Source of the DNA: an uncultured Planctomycetota bacterium
Lineage (GTDB): Bacteria; Planctomycetota; Planctomycetia; Isosphaerales; Isosphaeraceae
DNA: 64,000 nt
Reading direction: 5' to 3'
Assembly (NCBI GenBank): GCA_963761445.1
Contig: CAVXHV010000009.1
Span: forward strand, 242,692-306,691
Position 1 is the stretch's first letter. The number at the start of each line of letters is the position of its first letter. Below are positions 62,572 through 64,000 of this stretch, in pieces. The translations under genes were made by a program, and so were the position numbers. Under the pieces are notes generated by a model. It made no database searches, had not been told where the DNA came from, and worked only from the letters and a program-made list of their open reading frames with translations.

Positions 62572-63816
62572 TTGCGACGCGCGCCAGCCCGTCCCTTACG
62601 AGCGGCCGAGGGGCATGGCCCGGCCACGAATTCCGCGCCGCCGGAGGGCCCGCCCGCGGCGGGCGAGGGCGGCAATCAGTTCCATGTTGTCGTTGTTGGC
62701 ACCGGGCCTGTCGGCAAGACGTCATTGGTGAGTGCGCTTCTGGGCCGCTCGGCGGGTGCTACCGGCGCGACCTTTGGCACGACGCACCATCGCTGTTCGC
62801 ACACCTATTCCGTCCAGGGTGTGGAAGGCACGCTGCTTTTGACCGACACGCCGGGCCTCGGCGATTCCGGACCGCAAGGTGCGGCCCGGACGGCCGAGGC
62901 GATCGACCTGGCCTGCGCGGCCGACTTGGTGCTCTTTGTCGTCGACCACGACCTCACTCGCACCGAGCGAGACACGCTGATCGAGCTGGCCCGGCTCGAC
63001 AAGCGGTTGATCGCCGTGCTCAACAAGAAAGATCGTTTCACCGAAGAGGATCGCGGCGCAATTCTAGGCAAGATCTGTGAACGGCTCGACGGCTTCGTGC
63101 CGCCCGAGGATATCCTGGCGGTCGCAGCCGCTCCCGCTCCGGTTCCCGTACGCGCGCGGATGCCGGACGGAACCACCGCGATCGAGCTCGAGGTGGAGCC
63201 CCCTGCCCTTGTTGCGCTCGAAGACCGCGTGGCCGAGATCCTGGCAAACGAGGGCGATGCCCTGCGCGCGGGCAATTTGCTCTTGCGTGAGCGGCTGCGC
63301 GAGCAGGCCAGGCGCACTCAGATCGCGCTGGAGCGCCGCGAGCGGGCGCGCATCTTGATCGAGCGCCACCAGTGGATTGCAGCAGCGACCGCGTTTGCCA
63401 ATCCCGTCCTCGCGCTTGGCCCGCTGGCCGTGGGCGCCGTGCAGCTTCGAATGCTGAGTGAAATCGCGGCTCTCCATGAGGTGCCGCTATCCACCCAATC
63501 GCTGGAGATGGTTGGCCGCCAGATGGCTCAGACGCTTTTCAAGCTTGGCATTGCCGAGGCAGCAGGCAGCGTGCTTGCCGGCATCTTCAAATTCAACCCG
63601 CTCGGTTTTGCCGCCGGTGGGATCGTTCAGGCCACGACGATGGCTTACCTGACGCGCGTCATCGGCGATTCCTTTCTCGAGTACCTCGAGCGCGGGGGAG
63701 TCTGGGGCGAAGGCGGAATGCAGGGAGTGTTATCGAGGCACTTCGCGGCCTCGAGCGCCTCCGGCTGGCTTGTGCAATTCTCCAAAGCCGTGATCTCTCA
63801 CCTGCTCAAACGCTGA
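62572..63816 (+). CDS. GTP-binding protein with a C-terminal DUF697-like membrane-associated domain
   Basis: G1 GTGPVGKTS, G3 DTPG, G4 NKKD. The C-terminal ..AFANPVLALGPLAVGAVQLRM.. resembles YcjF/DUF697. The start is uncertain. Confidence 0.7.
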   Translation: MRRAPARPLRAAEGHGPATNSAPPEGPPAAGEGGNQFHVVVVGTGPVGKTSLVSALLGRSAGATGATFGTTHHRCSHTYSVQGVEGTLLLTDTPGLGDSGPQGAARTAEAIDLACAADLVLFVVDHDLTRTERDTLIELARLDKRLIAVLNKKDRFTEEDRGAILGKICERLDGFVPPEDILAVAAAPAPVPVRARMPDGTTAIELEVEPPALVALEDRVAEILANEGDALRAGNLLLRERLREQARRTQIALERRERARILIERHQWIAAATAFANPVLALGPLAVGAVQLRMLSEIAALHEVPLSTQSLEMVGRQMAQTLFKLGIAEAAGSVLAGIFKFNPLGFAAGGIVQATTMAYLTRVIGDSFLEYLERGGVWGEGGMQGVLSRHFAASSASGWLVQFSKAVISHLLKR

Positions 63817-64000
63817 GTCAACGCCGTGCTGAGGCGTGAGCCAGCGACCGCGCCCTCCCACGTGCCGCCCTCGCGGCCAGGTGCCCGTTGCCCCTGCTCG
63901 CCTACTCGAATGATCGCGTCGCGCTCTCGGCTGCCGCCGGAGGTCGACAAAGCCTGACAAACTATGTGGGCTTATTCGCCTCGTGATTTGGTGTGCTGCT

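Noticed and set aside
62186-62731. ORFs on both strands in the ferredoxin-GTPase intergenic region
   Set aside because: They are Arg/Pro-rich and mutually overlapping, with no motifs. This is probably the 5' leader or promoter region of the GTPase gene, whose true start is uncertain.

Overview
High-GC bacterial chromosome segment. The gene content and sequence motifs suggest Planctomycetota, but that is inference only. Two housekeeping flanks (1-7.1 kb and 39.2-64 kb) bracket a roughly 30 kb accessory island (about 7.5-39.1 kb).

Flank genes: ABC exporters, nucleotide-sugar enzymes, kdsB, cysE, lgt, panC, MoxR/FHA, an S8 protease and a TPR-sulfotransferase.

Island contents:
- Two 1484-bp IS4-family copies, each with a 10-bp target duplication. 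One splits a DraRnl-type RNA ligase gene.
- An ISAzo13-family element.
- An 8335-bp Tn3-family transposon with sharp boundaries (38-bp IRs, 5-bp GTAAA duplication). It carries a tyrosine recombinase and a DUF4062-NACHT-WD40 STAND NTPase as passenger.
- A type III R-M operon (res-dinD-mod).
- Three toxin-antitoxin modules.
- A six-gene minus-strand cluster that I consider the best candidate for an undescribed defence or TA-like system. It consists of a SAMHD1-like HD phosphohydrolase, a DUF4065/Panacea-like protein and an ASCH protein, followed by a small ORF, a PD-(D/E)xK-like protein and another small ORF.

Two dispersed hairpin repeat (REP) families and one MITE-like insertion are also present.

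Caveat: about 30 apparent single-base frameshifts are scattered through the window, including in kdsB and other core genes. Several of those I traced sit at short homopolymer or simple-repeat runs. Many 'pseudogene' states may therefore be sequencing indels rather than biology. All domain calls come from motifs read by eye, not from database searches.
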